DNA of 64,000 bases, taken from positions 15,965,037 through 16,029,036 of the forward strand of contig OZ316891.1 of NCBI GenBank assembly GCA_973895155.1, read 5' to 3'. Shown piece after piece: positions 12,022 to 25,400 of the stretch. Both the position numbers and the translations under genes were made by a program. The notes beneath the pieces were generated by a model. It had not been told where the DNA came from. It saw only the letters and a program-made list of their open reading frames with translations, and ran no database searches. Numbering within the stretch: the stretch's first letter is position 1; each line of letters begins with the position of its first letter. The DNA is from Marsupella aquatica. Taxonomy: Eukaryota > Plantae > Marchantiophyta.

Positions 12022-15000
12022 TGTTGGAAACCATCAGCTCAGACTAGACAACAATGCAGAACATGAGGATGCACACAATCTCATACTACACCTACAAGAC
12101 ACCAATGATGGAGAAACTCTTGAAGGATCCATAGCTCATGAGAAAGAATATGTGAAAAATAAGGGAGAGAATGTTCTTCCTCCAACCTATACCCCCCAAG
12201 GGGGACTAAGATGTGTGGGCCCAAATAAGTAGATTTTATCCTAAACTAACCAAAGGTCAACTAACTCTAGTAAGGCCAAACTAACTAAAGCCAAGAACTT
12301 GAGTCAATTCCTAACAATCTCCACCTTGACTCCAGTTCACACAATGAGTCAGGTGATAAACAATATGTAACTAAGTAACATATTTACATAGTCTCCGGTT
12401 TGGCCCTAACATTAATAATATCCACACAATGACTAAAGCAACTGGTAGATAAAACTTTGGTAAGCATGTTTGTCGCATTCTCCTCTGAAGCCACCTTCTC
12501 CAAAAAAATCTGTTTTGTCTCAATTACCTCATGGATAAAGTGATAACGAATATCAACATGCTTTGTCCTAGCATGGAACGCAGGGTTCTTAGCCAGATAC
12601 AAAGCACTTTGACTATCACACAACAGCACTGGTCTTTCAAGTGAAAGACCCATATCATGCATTCACCAATTTTTGTAACTAACCAGATCAGCTCCTTGGT
12701 TGTCTCGCAGCCACATACTCAACCTCACCAGTAGACAATGCAACACACGATTGAGTTGCCAACTTCCAACTTATACAACCTTCACCCAACATAAACACAT
12801 AGCCTGAAGTAGACTTTTTGTTATCCAAGTTATCAGCATAATCTGAATTTGCTTTCCCATCAAATAGAATCCCACAATCTAAGGTATCTTTCAGATACCG
12901 CAAAACCCACTTCACTGCTTCCCAGTGAAGTTTACCAGGGTTTGTCATAAATCTAATCAAAATGCTAACAACGTGGGCAATGTCAGGTCTAGTGCATGTC
13001 ATTGCATACATCAAACTACCCACAACACTATCATAGGGAACTTGTTTCATCGCTAGTGTATCACTCTCACTAGAAGGGCAACCATTCTTTGAGAGTTTGA
13101 AGTGGGAAGCCAATGGAGTACCAACTGGTTTTGCATTCTTCATTCCATACTTGGCAAGTACCTTCTCCAAATATTGCTTTTGAGACAACCATAATTGTCA
13201 CTGTTTCCTATCACAATGAATCTCCATCCCTAGAATCTTCTTGGCCTGACCCAAGTCCTTCATTGAAAACTCCTTACTCAACATTGCTCTTAGATGGGAA
13301 ACATCAAACTTATTCTCATCCAGGATCAGCATGTCATCCACGTATAGTGCCAGCACAATGTAACTAAAATATGAGCAATTCTTTACCTCCTTCATGTAAA
13401 TACAATAATCATGTTTACTCCGCGTGAATCCCTGAGACAACATGAAGGAATTTGCTTGTTCCACTATCTGGGACTCTGTTTCAATTTGTATAACGAGTGC
13501 AAGAGCTGACATACCAAAATGTTTGGTCTTCTCATCAATAAAATCTAGAGGTTGAGTCATATAAACCTCCACATCAAGAAATCCATGCAGGAAAGCATTA
13601 ATTACTTCCATCTGATCTAACTCAAGATCATAGAATGCCACAATTGCAAGTAAAACACAGATAGTAGCGAGTTTGACAACTAGTGAGAAAATCTCTGTGT
13701 ATTCCAAACCCTCCTTCTCGGTATACCCTTTGGCCACAAGGCATGCCTTGTAAGTGCCATCTTGCTTCTTCTTGTACAACCATCTACACATAACCAATGT
13801 CTTCCCGCGAGGCATGTCAATTAAGCTCCAAGTTGAATTCTTTTTCAAAGAATTCATCTCCTTCAACATTGCCTCCATCCACTTATCATTTTCTGGAGAG
13901 ACCATAGTTTCTTCATAGCTAGACGGGTCTCCATCTTCAGTGAGCAAAATAAAACCGGGATCATCATTGTGCTCAACTACAAGAACACGAGGATCTGCAA
14001 AACTAAATCTATCAGGGGGTTGGCCAAGATTGGCCCTTATGAAGTGCCTCAATTGAGGAACTGCACCTCTACCAAAGGTTCCAGTAACTTCCTCGGCACC
14101 ATCAAGCTCCACCATAGTGGGTTCCTCCACCTGCTCCTCCTGATTATCCTGGGGTCTTGACAACCATTCTTTGTCAAAAATAACATTTTTACTAACAATT
14201 GCCTTGCAATCGATAGGATCCCACAATTTATAGCCCTTCTACCCAAGACTAAAGCCTAGAAAAATATATTTTTTTAGACTTGGGATCCAATTTAGACCTG
14301 TGTCTGCTCAATGTGAACATAGGCAGCACACCCAAAAACTTGGAGTCTAGAGTAATTTGCAGGTCTCTTATACCACAACTCAAATGGAGTCTACATCAAC
14401 TTACTATTGTGCGGTGACAGGTTGTAAATGTATGCACCTTGGTTGATACCATCAACCCAAAAATTATTGGGCACCTTGGACTTATATAGCATGTTGTGTG
14501 CTTTCTCTGGTGATGTCCAATTCAACCATTCTACACCTCTATTTGCTGTGAGGTCTCCGGTACAATGTAATGACGCCTGAGGCCATGGTCCTAACCAAAT
14601 TGGTCAAACCCATTGGACTTATACTCGCCACCATTATATGACCAAACACACTTTAACTCCTTCCCAGTTTGTAGCTCCACCATGGCCTTCCACTCCTTGA
14701 AGATCTCAAACACTTGAGACTTTTCCTTCATGTAGTACAACCAACACATTCGAGAGTAATCATCAATAAATGTCACAAAATATCTTGTTCCATCCAACGA
14801 CAACTCGGGCACTGGACCCCAAACATCCAAATGTACATACTCAAAAATCTTATGAGAATGGTATGAACTGGAACTGAAACTCACTCTCCTTTGCTTGCCG
14901 TGGATGCAATCTTCATTGAAAGAGAGTATACCAAATTGAGCGTCTTGCAACAAATCTCTATTTTTGATGGTTGTCAATCCTTTACCACTCAAGTGCCCCA

Positions 15001-16703
15001 ACCGTGCATGCCACAAATCTATGGCTTCTGTGCGACAGATGTTGAGGGTGCTTCAATTGAAGTGGTCAAAGATGACTATACGACATATGTCGCCACTGCA
15101 TCCGAACATTCCACCATAGAATCCACATGCCTCACTCGAGGAGCAATGACATCTGCTTGCAAGATGTACAAATTATTCTACCATAGCGCGTTAATGAAAG
15201 ATACATCACCTTTGATGACAAAGAGTGCACCGTCACGTGGGGTATAACCACCGTGCCAGGAAACAGTAAAAAGGAAACAGCAAACTGTAAACAGTACACA
15301 GCAAATGGATGCAAAATTTTGATTTTTTTTGAATTATTTTTTGGAATTTGTTTTTTGGAATTTGTTTTTTGGTTTGTATTTTTGACATTTTTTTACTAGC
15401 GCCCCAAGCTAGTAATAGTAGCGTCTGGCGCTAGCCAAAAATGATCGTTTTAAAAAATATTTTGAAATTTTTGAGTTTTAATGAGAAATTTTTTATATTT
15501 CATTTTTGCTCGTAACAGTAAAATTTTGCTCATAACAGGAATCATTTTCCTGTTTCCTGGCACGGTGTAAAGCCTTGTCACGTGCAATGAAATGAGATCC
15601 ACCAGCTTCTAGAGCACCCAGGGAACCCAAATTCTTAAAGATGTCTGGTATGTGCCTCAGTTGTGTTAGTGCTAGCACAACACCATCAAACATCCGGAGT
15701 GATAGTCTCCGTGCCAACGATCGCACATCGGACACCATTTCCAATTTCCACAATACCAGTACATTGGAGAAATACAATTGCGTTGGACACACGCAATAAG
15801 AGGAACCTGAATCCAACATCCATTTATTGTCATACACACAATTCACAACACAGATACATAGCACTTCAGTGGTATCCTCATTTTCAGCAATCACAATCCA
15901 GCTGATGAGGAGGACGCACCATTGGAAGCAGGATACTTCTCCTTTGACAAAGAAGGATAATTCCACTTGGTGTGGCCCTTCTCATGGCAATGCCAGCACT
16001 GAATTTCTTGCTACGGGACTTAGATTTAGATCTACCTTGAGATTTGGATCTAGACTGGTCTGTAGTACGCTTTGTTGATCTTCCTCTAACCATTAAGGCA
16101 GTAGATTTATCTCCACAATCAAAAAGGTGTCGCTTGCTCCATTCTACAAGAACGGTAGCCTTCACCATATCCAATTTCAACGTAGTCTTGTCATGTGTGA
16201 TGACTGTTACCAATGTCAAAAAACTCTTTGGAAGTGACATCAACAAACGCATGGCAAGATAGTCATTGGTCAACTTATCTCCCACCGTGGTCACCTCGTG
16301 CACAATCTCATCAAAGAGACTCAAATGATCATGCATGTTTCCACCATCCTTCCACTTCAACTTGAACAACCACTCCAACTGATAAATATGAGTCAATAGT
16401 CAACAAAGTACTCCCGTATGGCTGAGTAAGCATTTCCCAGATCTTCTTGGCATTCCGATCCATCCCCAACACGTTCTTGAGAATGTTGTTGGCCAAGAAC
16501 AACTCAATTGTACTACACGCCTGCACCAACATGTCTTCCCACTCCTCATCTGCTAGAGTCAAGGGCTTCACTCCAGTGACGGTCTTCTCAAGGACCTGCT
16601 AAATCAGCACGTTGGTCACCTTCCAAGTCTAGAGGCTAAAGCTGACTTTCCCGTCAAACTTCTCCACCTCAAAATTTGACGCTGCAAGCTTTTGTGAAGC
16701 CAT
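12022..16703 (-). mobile_element. Ty1/copia retrotransposon (Tnt1/Tork-like), decayed; 5' LTR not found
   Basis: Gag FEVEKFDG (ATG 16703), protease WMLDSGSS, GAG-pre-integrase WHARLGH, integrase HLDVWGP..TFIDDYSR, RT LYVDDML, RNase H CDSQSALYLAKNP..HARTKHVDIRYHF, PPT at 12317-12330, 3' LTR at 12022-12316 (TGTTAG...CCAACA). Confidence 0.92.
15240..15575. mobile_element. Non-autonomous MULE derivative (336 bp) of family A, inserted in copia pol
   Basis: TIRs GGGTATAACCACCGTGCCAGGAAACAG and CTGTTTCCTGGCACGGTGTAAAGCCT. 9-bp TSD cGTCACGTG (15231-15239) / tGTCACGTG (15576-15584). Removing it restores the copia frame (SHFIARDGALFVIKG). Carries two motif-A copies (15397, 15419). Confidence 0.85.
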
Positions 16704-16922
16704 GGATGCTTCCTCAAACACACAGGAAACACAAGTAATAAACGACCTCCACTCAAAAATTTACCAAAATTGAGAGTTGGCAAATTTGAGTTCTGAATGC
16801 ACTAGCGTAACCAATTTTTTCAAACTGACTTTAATAAGAAAGTTATTGGCAAAAACATTTTTCGGTTTGCTCTTGGTTCAACCCTACTTAGGATCACCCT
16901 TGGGGCGAGGTTGCTTCAAGTC

Positions 16923-18382
16923 AGTCGCAGAACTTGACTACCTTAACACTTAGCTCCGATGTCGCTGACTCCGACGCCAAACTCCCTTATGGTCTAGGCC
17001 CAGAGGACTTAGCATGGGACGACTTGTGGGAAATGAGACGTGGCACTGGCGAAGGCAAAGCGCCAAGCCGGTGGCACACACTAAGGACTTAGGCTAGCTG
17101 AGAGCTGGTCGGGTCAAGGGGAAAAAGGTTGACCATCCGGACCCCCGAATGGACTTTGAGTTCTGAGGGCTTGAGTGTGAGATCCTCTTGGGCCCAAGGC
17201 CAATGGAGTTGACGCCACATGTGGGCTACGGATGCTTGGGGCGTGAGTTATGGCCCAATCTGGGTTTGGCTGATCGGGGACCCCAAGCGGCAATGAGACT
17301 TGAGGGCCTAGGCATGAGCATTGGGTCGGCCCGATCACAACGGGCTAAGGCACTCCGCTTGCAGACGTCTAACGAGAAAGTTATGGGCGTTGCCAGTTGG
17401 TGGTGCGCCCAGTATGCAAGATAGGGTCCGGGTTGGGGGCCAAAAGTTTAGGGATCAAAGCTGGTCCAGGGGTGGCAGGTCTCCAGAAGTATATATGAGG
17501 GGAGTGGTGTCTCCCTAGGGGCTAAGTGCAAGCCAAAGTCGTGAGCTGCGGGGGTCACGACACTAAGGGAAAATGCCAAACGGAAACGATGATATCTTCC
17601 CAACGGGAAGTCCATTGGAGGACTTCTTGGGTGTGTTGGAAAGCTCTCATGGAGGGCTAAGTCCTCCTAGATCAGCTAGTTCTAGGGGCACCATGGGTTC
17701 TTGAGGTTTGCGGGTGTTATCTCGCCCGCTTGCCAAATCCTGCCAAAACAGCAGCCAAGCCGCATTCAGTCTCTCAAGGGAGTTGTGTTGGGGAGGCAAG
17801 GCCAAGCAGGCATGGAGGTTGAATTCCAAGGGCACTTGGCCCCTAGACCATCAGCAGGGCGGAAATTGGGAGTTGATTGCTAGAGTCGGGGCCATTCTGG
17901 TCCCGGGGCGTTGGGACAACCTTTGGGACAAGCTACGCTTTTGTGCCATGACATATCCTGGGGTCAGGGCGGTCAGTTGGTGATGGATAGGTATGAGGGG
18001 GAACCCGGGCCGCGCCCAAGGAAGGAGTTGTTCTAGACGAATAGTGGGCGTGGGTTTTGGTTCCGGCTTATGGCGTCGGGAGGACCTATCGTTGACCTAT
18101 TTACCAATGTCTGTTGAGCTTGAGTTAGGATGCTAGACTTGGGAGTTCTAGATCCTGAAGGGTTACTTACCGAGGTGCTTGGTTGCTTGTGTAGACTGTG
18201 AGGATCATTGAGCAGCGGGCGAGTTAGAGAGCAAGTGCGGCTTTGTATGGGAGGGGCCACGGGTGGTGCAAGGGACACCAAGGTGCTTTCTCGAGGTATT
18301 TCGTGGAGGCATTCGGGCACCAAAGACACTTAGACGTGGGTGTCGGGATTGGTGAGGGCGTTAGGTGGCAAGGTCCACCACT
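16923..18382 (+). mobile_element. Solo chromovirus LTR, opposite orientation, near-perfect 5-bp TSD
   Basis: AGTCGC...CCACT. Flanks AAGTC (16918-16922) and AGGTC (18383-18387). Reverse-complement homolog of 9771-11253. Confidence 0.85.
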
Positions 18383-19239
18383 AGGTCACTATCAAAAACC
18401 CTTTTACCTTAGTTTATTGTTCACTTGTGAGGGGCCCACCTATTGGCCTTATCAGAGTATAACATGTGCCGCTATGAGCATGGTTGAGGTAGATTCTTAA
18501 TCCCAATCTTATCACTCAAAAATCCGTGCTTAGTTCTTGACCAACCAAAAAATAATTTGATCTACACGATTGATTGCCCGGATCCAACAATCCCCAATTG
18601 TGTCAAAAAACCACAACATTTGAATGTAGAAATACACAAGAATTGTGGCACCGGTTGGAGAAAATCCTCTCCCAAACTTAGCTAACTACAAATTGTAAAG
18701 GTTTAACAAGCTATACCTATCTTAATACAACTCAATTTTGGTCAAAACGACTCGCGACAAGGTGCTCAACCATGGATTTTGGGTATAACCACCATGACAG
18801 CAAATAATAAATAGATTTGCTGTTATGAGCAAATTTTTTGCTCGTACGAGCAAAAATTTACTCATATGAGGAATTCAATTACTCATAGTAGAAAATCTGT
18901 TTACTCATACAAGAAACTATTTACTTGTACAAATTTTCTAGGTTATTCAAAGTTGACAAAAAGGGCTCCATGTTAAAAAACAACAACCATATAAGCGCTC
19001 ACTGAAATGCTACTCACAATGGGGCCCACCATTCAATGATAAATAACAGACAATATAGAGGTCATTATAAGAAGATGCGCTTTATTTCACAGTCAATATA
19101 TTTGCTATCTGTTGCAAATTTTGGCTAGCGCCTGGCGCTAGCAACAGACACTACATATTTTTGGATAAGAAACGGGTACATCTTCTGCTCGGTAGAAAAG
19201 ACAAATGCCACTTAAAGTTGTTGAACGTCACCAAATTGA

Positions 19240-21832
19240 CTACATGTCCGTTTCATTTTGTCGATCAAGAAGGTAACGGACTTCGCCCAATGTCAAAAGT
19301 GGTTGACTAGATAGTGTCAAATCGTGAAGACTCAACTTCAACATAGTCCTGAATACCCAATATAGATGTTTGCAAGGCATGTAAGGTTTCCTATAAATGT
19401 GCCCCCGATAGAAATCCTCACATGAACAGCAAGGGAAACAACAAATCTGCACCCAATAAGAGGTACAGTCCTCTCATGTTCATGTGTTCTGATACAATAC
19501 TACTTCCCCCACGCATTCGCACTCGTGACATCTCTCTCACATACGAGTCTCATTACTTCTGTTTTGGATGCTTCGATCTTCTTGTAATGTGTTTGAGTTA
19601 GATTCACTCTCTGCAAGCACTTCCTTCCATTCTTGGAGCCACATCTGAAAATTGGGTCCGCTAAATTGATCCTCTCTTGGAACAAATTCACATCGATGCG
19701 TAACTCAGACGGGGATGGCTCTTGACCTTCCCTTATCTCTCCTGTCCCAATTAGACCTTGTTCTCTCAAGAATTGGATCTCGCCCTCCTGGAGATTGGTC
19801 CCTCTCGCAATGGGAAGAACGGGTGGTATATTGGGAATGTTTGAAACACCTCTTCTTGGCCAAATTTTGTAACATTTGTTGTTTGGGCAAAACCATATCT
19901 GGTCTGGATGAGGTTCTCCTCTAAAAAGTCTACATCCTTTTACAAATATTGCGACAACTCCTTCTGGATTTGGAAACCCAACCTTCTTTACTTGATTTTG
20001 ACATTCATTGCGGCTTCCTCTCCAACCGAGCGTCCTATTACAAGCTGGACCAGCACCACGTTTTGCAGTTCGTCGGAGCTGCCACAGACCTGGAGCTATG
20101 TCAGTTTCCATTGGGAGAAGAGATTCCTCAGGCGCGGCCTCAGCTTGATGTCTGACGGGAGGAATAGAAGATCTTGTCATTCGACGTGAGGGTGTCTCAA
20201 GGACGACAACCTTCTCAAAATCTTCATTCTCAGAATCTTCACTCTCAGTTTGAGACAAATTAACAACGCCACTTCCACCAGTAGAAGGTGTGGAAGACAT
20301 CTTCTCAAAGTCTATGGAATGGAGGTTTCTCCTCTTCAAACCCCTTGTATTTGGTGAAGTCACAAGGATAGTATCATGTCTGTGAGAGTCTTGTGCCGAG
20401 ACATTCCCACTTGCATTACCTTTTCATTTCACCGATCGAGTTATGACGTCTCCATTCAATGGAACAGTTCTTTCCAAATCAAATTCAGCTGCGTTGGAAA
20501 GAAGGAGATTGGTCGCTTCTTCAAATAGACGTGGAGACCCTGTCATGTCTGCAGATCTGAAATCCAGCTCAAAGATAGTGAGTTGAGTTCCCCGATGTAA
20601 TCCTTGACTGTATGCAGTATAAGCTGCGATCTGACATACGGCTCGGTTTTGGTCAATTTTGCATCCCTCCATGAGGCCAACCCGCTTCTTCATTTGCCAT
20701 GCCTTCATGCCTGCATGGACCAATTCCAAACCAGTACAATTCGGAATCATACCTGCCTCCTCAACACTCTTGCTCTGTCACCAAAAACAAATAAATATAT
20801 TTAGCAACTACAGTAATTTGCGACAAGTATAGTTTGTATTTCTGCTATCTGGTCTTTAACTATTAGTAGCGCCTGGCGCTATTAAATCTCTTGCATCAAT
20901 GTCATGTTTGTAGTTGCAAAAGTCTCCTTGTTCACACTAGCGCTTGGCGCTACTATACTGGAACAAGGCATTGGACTCAGAGTACTCATTTTCCATAGTA
21001 GCGCCCCTGGGCCCCCACTCCTTTCTAATACGGGGAGGACGTGAGAACCGTTCAAGGGTCATTTTTATCCCTTCGGCGGTAATTTTTATAATTCGCTTAC
21101 AATTCTGCAACCTCCGCATATATACCGAAACCACTTTGTAATTTTGCAAGATCCCTTGAAATGACATCCTTCTTACTTTTGTGAAAGGGTAAATCAATAG
21201 GTAGCAACACGTGACATCATATTGTTGGTACACGTGTCAAATTATAATTGGTACACGTGTATTATCCTTACAGTATCCATATCTCCTTCATAGATTAAAA
21301 TAGTAATACTGGCAGCTATGCTAAGCCAAAAAAAATTGAAGGGAGGATTGGGGGCGATCCTGGGGGGATGGACCGGGTGTGTGGAGTGAAATTGTAATAT
21401 ATGAAGGATAATTATTCTTGCCCAAAACTCCCTTTTGTAATACACTGAAGATACTTTAATAAGAGGAAATTTTTGGTTTTTATAAAAAACAAAGATAATC
21501 TCTATAGGAGAAAAATTAATAAGAAGGGGTACCTGTGTAGGGGAGGCTCACAGGTATGATTGTATAATATACAAAGAGTGAGGGCCCAGGGAGTAGCGTC
21601 GGATGCTATTACAAAACATTGGTAACGGACTATCGTGAATCTAAGAAAAGACTTACCAGTCTTATGAAGTTTCCCCACTGTCTCCAACGGACGACCTACC
21701 ATGAGAGCCATCCTTGCAACATTTGAAGCTTCCCCTAATGGCAATTTCCAGCTCACCACCAATCGTCGATCTCTCTTGACATACGATATGCGTCCAAAAA
21801 TGTTTTTGCATTACGAAGACCATCCCACATCT
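19240..21832 (-). pseudogene. MULE transposase A1 (end of exon 1, intron, exon 2 with SWIM finger), disrupted
   Basis: MWDGLRNAKTFLDAYR...VVRWRQWGNFIRL (21657-21832), PNCTGLELVHA, SWIM CSCEDF...PCKH (19240-19452). Paralog of 22432-26250 and 35601-39355. Confidence 0.85.
21005..21591. mobile_element. MITE (~587 bp) inserted into a motif-A palindrome in the A1 intron
   Basis: TIRs CCCTGGGCCCCCACTC and GAGTGAGGGCCCAGGG. 8-bp TSD AGTAGCGC (20997-21004) / AGTAGCGT (21592-21599). AT-rich non-coding interior. Confidence 0.75.
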
Positions 21833-22431
21833 GGGTATAGCGACGGAGACAGCAAACAGGCAAACAGGAAATACTTTTCTTGTTTGCCTTATGCTGTTAC
21901 CAGGAAAAAACATCTTGTACCAGGGGAAAGAACACACAATCAGCAGTTTAGAATTGTTGAAGTTGGAGTTAGTCCATTGCGGTGAGGGAGGATACCTTGT
22001 AATGAATTGCTGAACCACATAATAATTGAACCTTATATCCCAACACAAACAAGGGGGAGCATACATAAAAATGTCAAGGAATGCGCACAAAATGGTAGGT
22101 CCCACCACAATCGGCAACAAAATATATGAAAATAATACAAAATCAATGCAGCCCAAAACTTTATGTCATTATGTGGTCCAAAATAAAAGCGAACAACGAA
22201 TTGACTAGCGCCTGGCGCTATCTTATCGTTATTCAAGGAAACAAATAGTTGGCGTTGAGAACATAAATCACAACACAATGACATTTAACGGTGTAGCCTA
22301 GACGAAAAATTTACCAGCGCCTGGCGCTAACAAAACATGATGCGACATCAATAACACTATACCGTTGACATACGACAAAATCAATATAACCGTTTGGACC
22401 AATAATACAACCTACATCATCATGATTCATG

Positions 22432-25400
22432 CTATAAACGATGATCATTTTGCCTCTCTAATATGAGCCGAACCTCTCCAACAGTGAGAATTGGTTGGCT
22501 GGTCAATGTAGATTCCTCAACGTCTAGTTTGAAAACGGTAAGGAAAATCCAATACAAATGTTTGCAAGGCATATATGGATGTTTCCGGGAATGTCGCCGG
22601 TAGAAATCCTCACACGAGCAAGTGGGGAAAATGCAAATTTGAACAAAGTAACAATTTGGCGTCCGCATATTTTCGTGCGTTTGCACCTTAAACTGTTTTC
22701 CCCATGCATTCCCAATCGCAACATCCCACTCTCCCTGAATGTACATTGTCTGTTTTTTTGCAGACGCAATTCTGTTCATGTGACCCTGGGTAAGATTTGA
22801 CCGAGGAACCGTATTCCTCCCATTCCGGCTTCGGAGACGAACATTGGGTTCGAGAAGATTCACATGTTCTGGAAAGATATTGACATTGATTCGAAGATCA
22901 AAATCTGACGGGGGTCTAGTTGTAAGTTCATTTCCGCGCACTAGGGAGATTCCGTTGTCAAGAAGATATTGCAGCTCGTCCTCCGAAACATTTGTCCCTT
23001 TCAAAACGGGAAGAACATCAGGGAAAGGGGGAAAATTCAAGACACCTTGACGCGGGCGGCTTCTGTAACATGTATTGTTTGGGCAAAACCAAATCATTTC
23101 GGTTATGGGTTCCCCCCTGAAAATCCGTTGACCTTTGACAACAATACCGATAACACCATGTGGTGAGGGAAATCCAACTTTTTTCACGCGATTGCGACAC
23201 TCATCTCTTTCAGAATTACGGGAAAATGATCCATTGCACTGAGGACCAGCGCCAAATTTTGAAGTTCGACGTATTTGCCATGCAGCTAGAGCAACCTCCG
23301 TCTCACGGACAGGACACTCTTGTAACGGTTGCTGAAGCACGGAGGGAGCAGTCTGGGGAAGCCTCGTTGAACGCGTTCGGTCTCGAGCAGGAGGGGTATT
23401 GAAATCGACATCTTCTCCACCGCCCAATATGTCACTTCCAGACAGATTAACAATAGGATCAACTTGAGGCGTGGGGCCAGGGATAGCATCAAACTCCATG
23501 CGATTAAGATTCTTCCTTTTCATCGATCTAGTATTGGGCGAGGTGACAAGGATTTTATCATGCCTATGGGAGTCTTGTGGCGAGATATTCCCAGATGCAT
23601 GTCCTTTCCTCTTCAAAGACTTGGTGACAATGTCTCCATTGAGAGGTGCACGTCTCTCCAAGTCAAACTCGGCAGCGTTGGACAGTAGCATATTCATTGC
23701 ATCTTCATACAACTTGGGGGAGCCTGCTTGGTCCGCTGATTGGAAAGCGAGTCCCAAATTGTGGGACCTTTTCCTCTATGCAACCCTTTCCGATACGCAG
23801 TGTAAGCAGCAACCTGAGAAATAGCTCAATTTTGGTCCATTTCACATGCCTCAAAGAGCCCAACCTTTTTCTTCATTACCCATGCTTTCATACCTGCGTG
23901 CACGGACTCTGATCCTGTACAATTAGGAATCTTAGCCCCTTCTTCGACACTCTTGTTCTGCAATCACATAGAATAAAGTGTCTGTTACAGAACAAGAAAA
24001 CACTAGCGTCGGGCGCTAGTGAAGTGGACTTTGTCCTTAGAAGTCAAAACTGGCACTGTACATTAAGGGACAACTTATTTCGTCCTATTGTGTCATATGA
24101 CAGTTTGAATAAATGATAGCGCCAGGCGCTAGTATTAAAGGATGCTATGGTATTGTAATATTTGAATATGGATACAAACATTTTGAAATGAGAATATAGC
24201 ACTACAATACCTAAAGAGCGGAAAGCAAAGTAAACTAACTTACCAAACGAATAAAATTTCCCCATTGTCTCCACCTGACGACCCACCATGAAATCCAACT
24301 CTGGAGCATCCGGAGCTTCCCGGGGACACAGTTACCCGACTGCCACCACAAATCAATCTCCCTTGAAATTCTGTAAGCCTCTACAAACGTGGGGGCATTT
24401 CGCATCTTATCCCAAAGCCTACGATGCTCTGCTTGACTATCTTCAATCACTCCTTCAATCGAATGGCGATGGAAGGCTTGGTAGAAATGGAATGCATCAG
24501 TTCGCTCACGCTCAGGGTTTGGATGCCCTCCAAAAAAGACATTTCGTACTGCCAGCCAACCAGCTTGAGCATTGTCCGCCATGAATCCATGAATAATCGG
24601 ATTTTCTAATCCATTCTCTTTGGACACCTCAATCATTAGTCTCCAAGCCTTCTCGAACGACTCTGTATCCTCTGCTTTTAGTTCGCAGGTGAACAAGGTA
24701 CACAGAGCGCGATAGTTGTGATCATAAATATGCGCACTAAAAGTAACCCAATCTTTTGTAAGCCGTTTCATCACATCAAAACTTACCCAAGCACCTTCGA
24801 GACTTCCACCAGGTTGCATTTGTCTCAAAAGATCGACGCCTGATCCATGGCCGATCGAAGTCATCTTGAATATGTGAGGACGGTCTTCTTGAGATCCTTG
24901 ACGTGGTAGGAGGTACCTTTGGAGGAAAGGCATATTGATATTTCTTTGATACCGAACAAGAAAATCTAGTTCACCTCGACCTTTCTGGTCCTGTCTAACA
25001 CTACGAAAGAAGGACGCAAACTTCTGGGGTGTGGAAACTACCATGAGAGACTCAAATATCTCTGTTTCTTCAATATCTTGAATATCTTCCATACTTTCAC
25101 ACAAGGACTTTACAAAGGACCCTGTCGCCACATTTTTTACACCAGTAGGGGTGAAAATTGGATTTCCTTCCAATTTCTTTTTGATAACCTCCTCAACAAT
25201 CTTCTCTGCGCTCCGAGAAAACACCTTTCTTGAAGGATGGTTGTGGATCCCCATATGAATTGCCAAGCGGGACATGTGAGTACAGGTTTCTGAGTCAACT
25301 AGAACCTAGGGGTACATGTAAAATAACCTTGCTGGACAGGATTGGACACAAAACGGAACTTGATCACAAAATTGGCAAACAACTCCACCTTCGTCAATGA

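Larger units (their letters stand above)
18781..21832 (-). mobile_element. MULE family A copy A1 (terminus plus 3' part of transposase), truncated by insertion of A2
   Basis: Starts GGGTATAACCACCATGACAGCAAA, like the TIR at 15240. Subterminal TTATGAGCAAA/TACGAGCAAAA repeats are shared with the 15240-15575 element. Confidence 0.75.
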
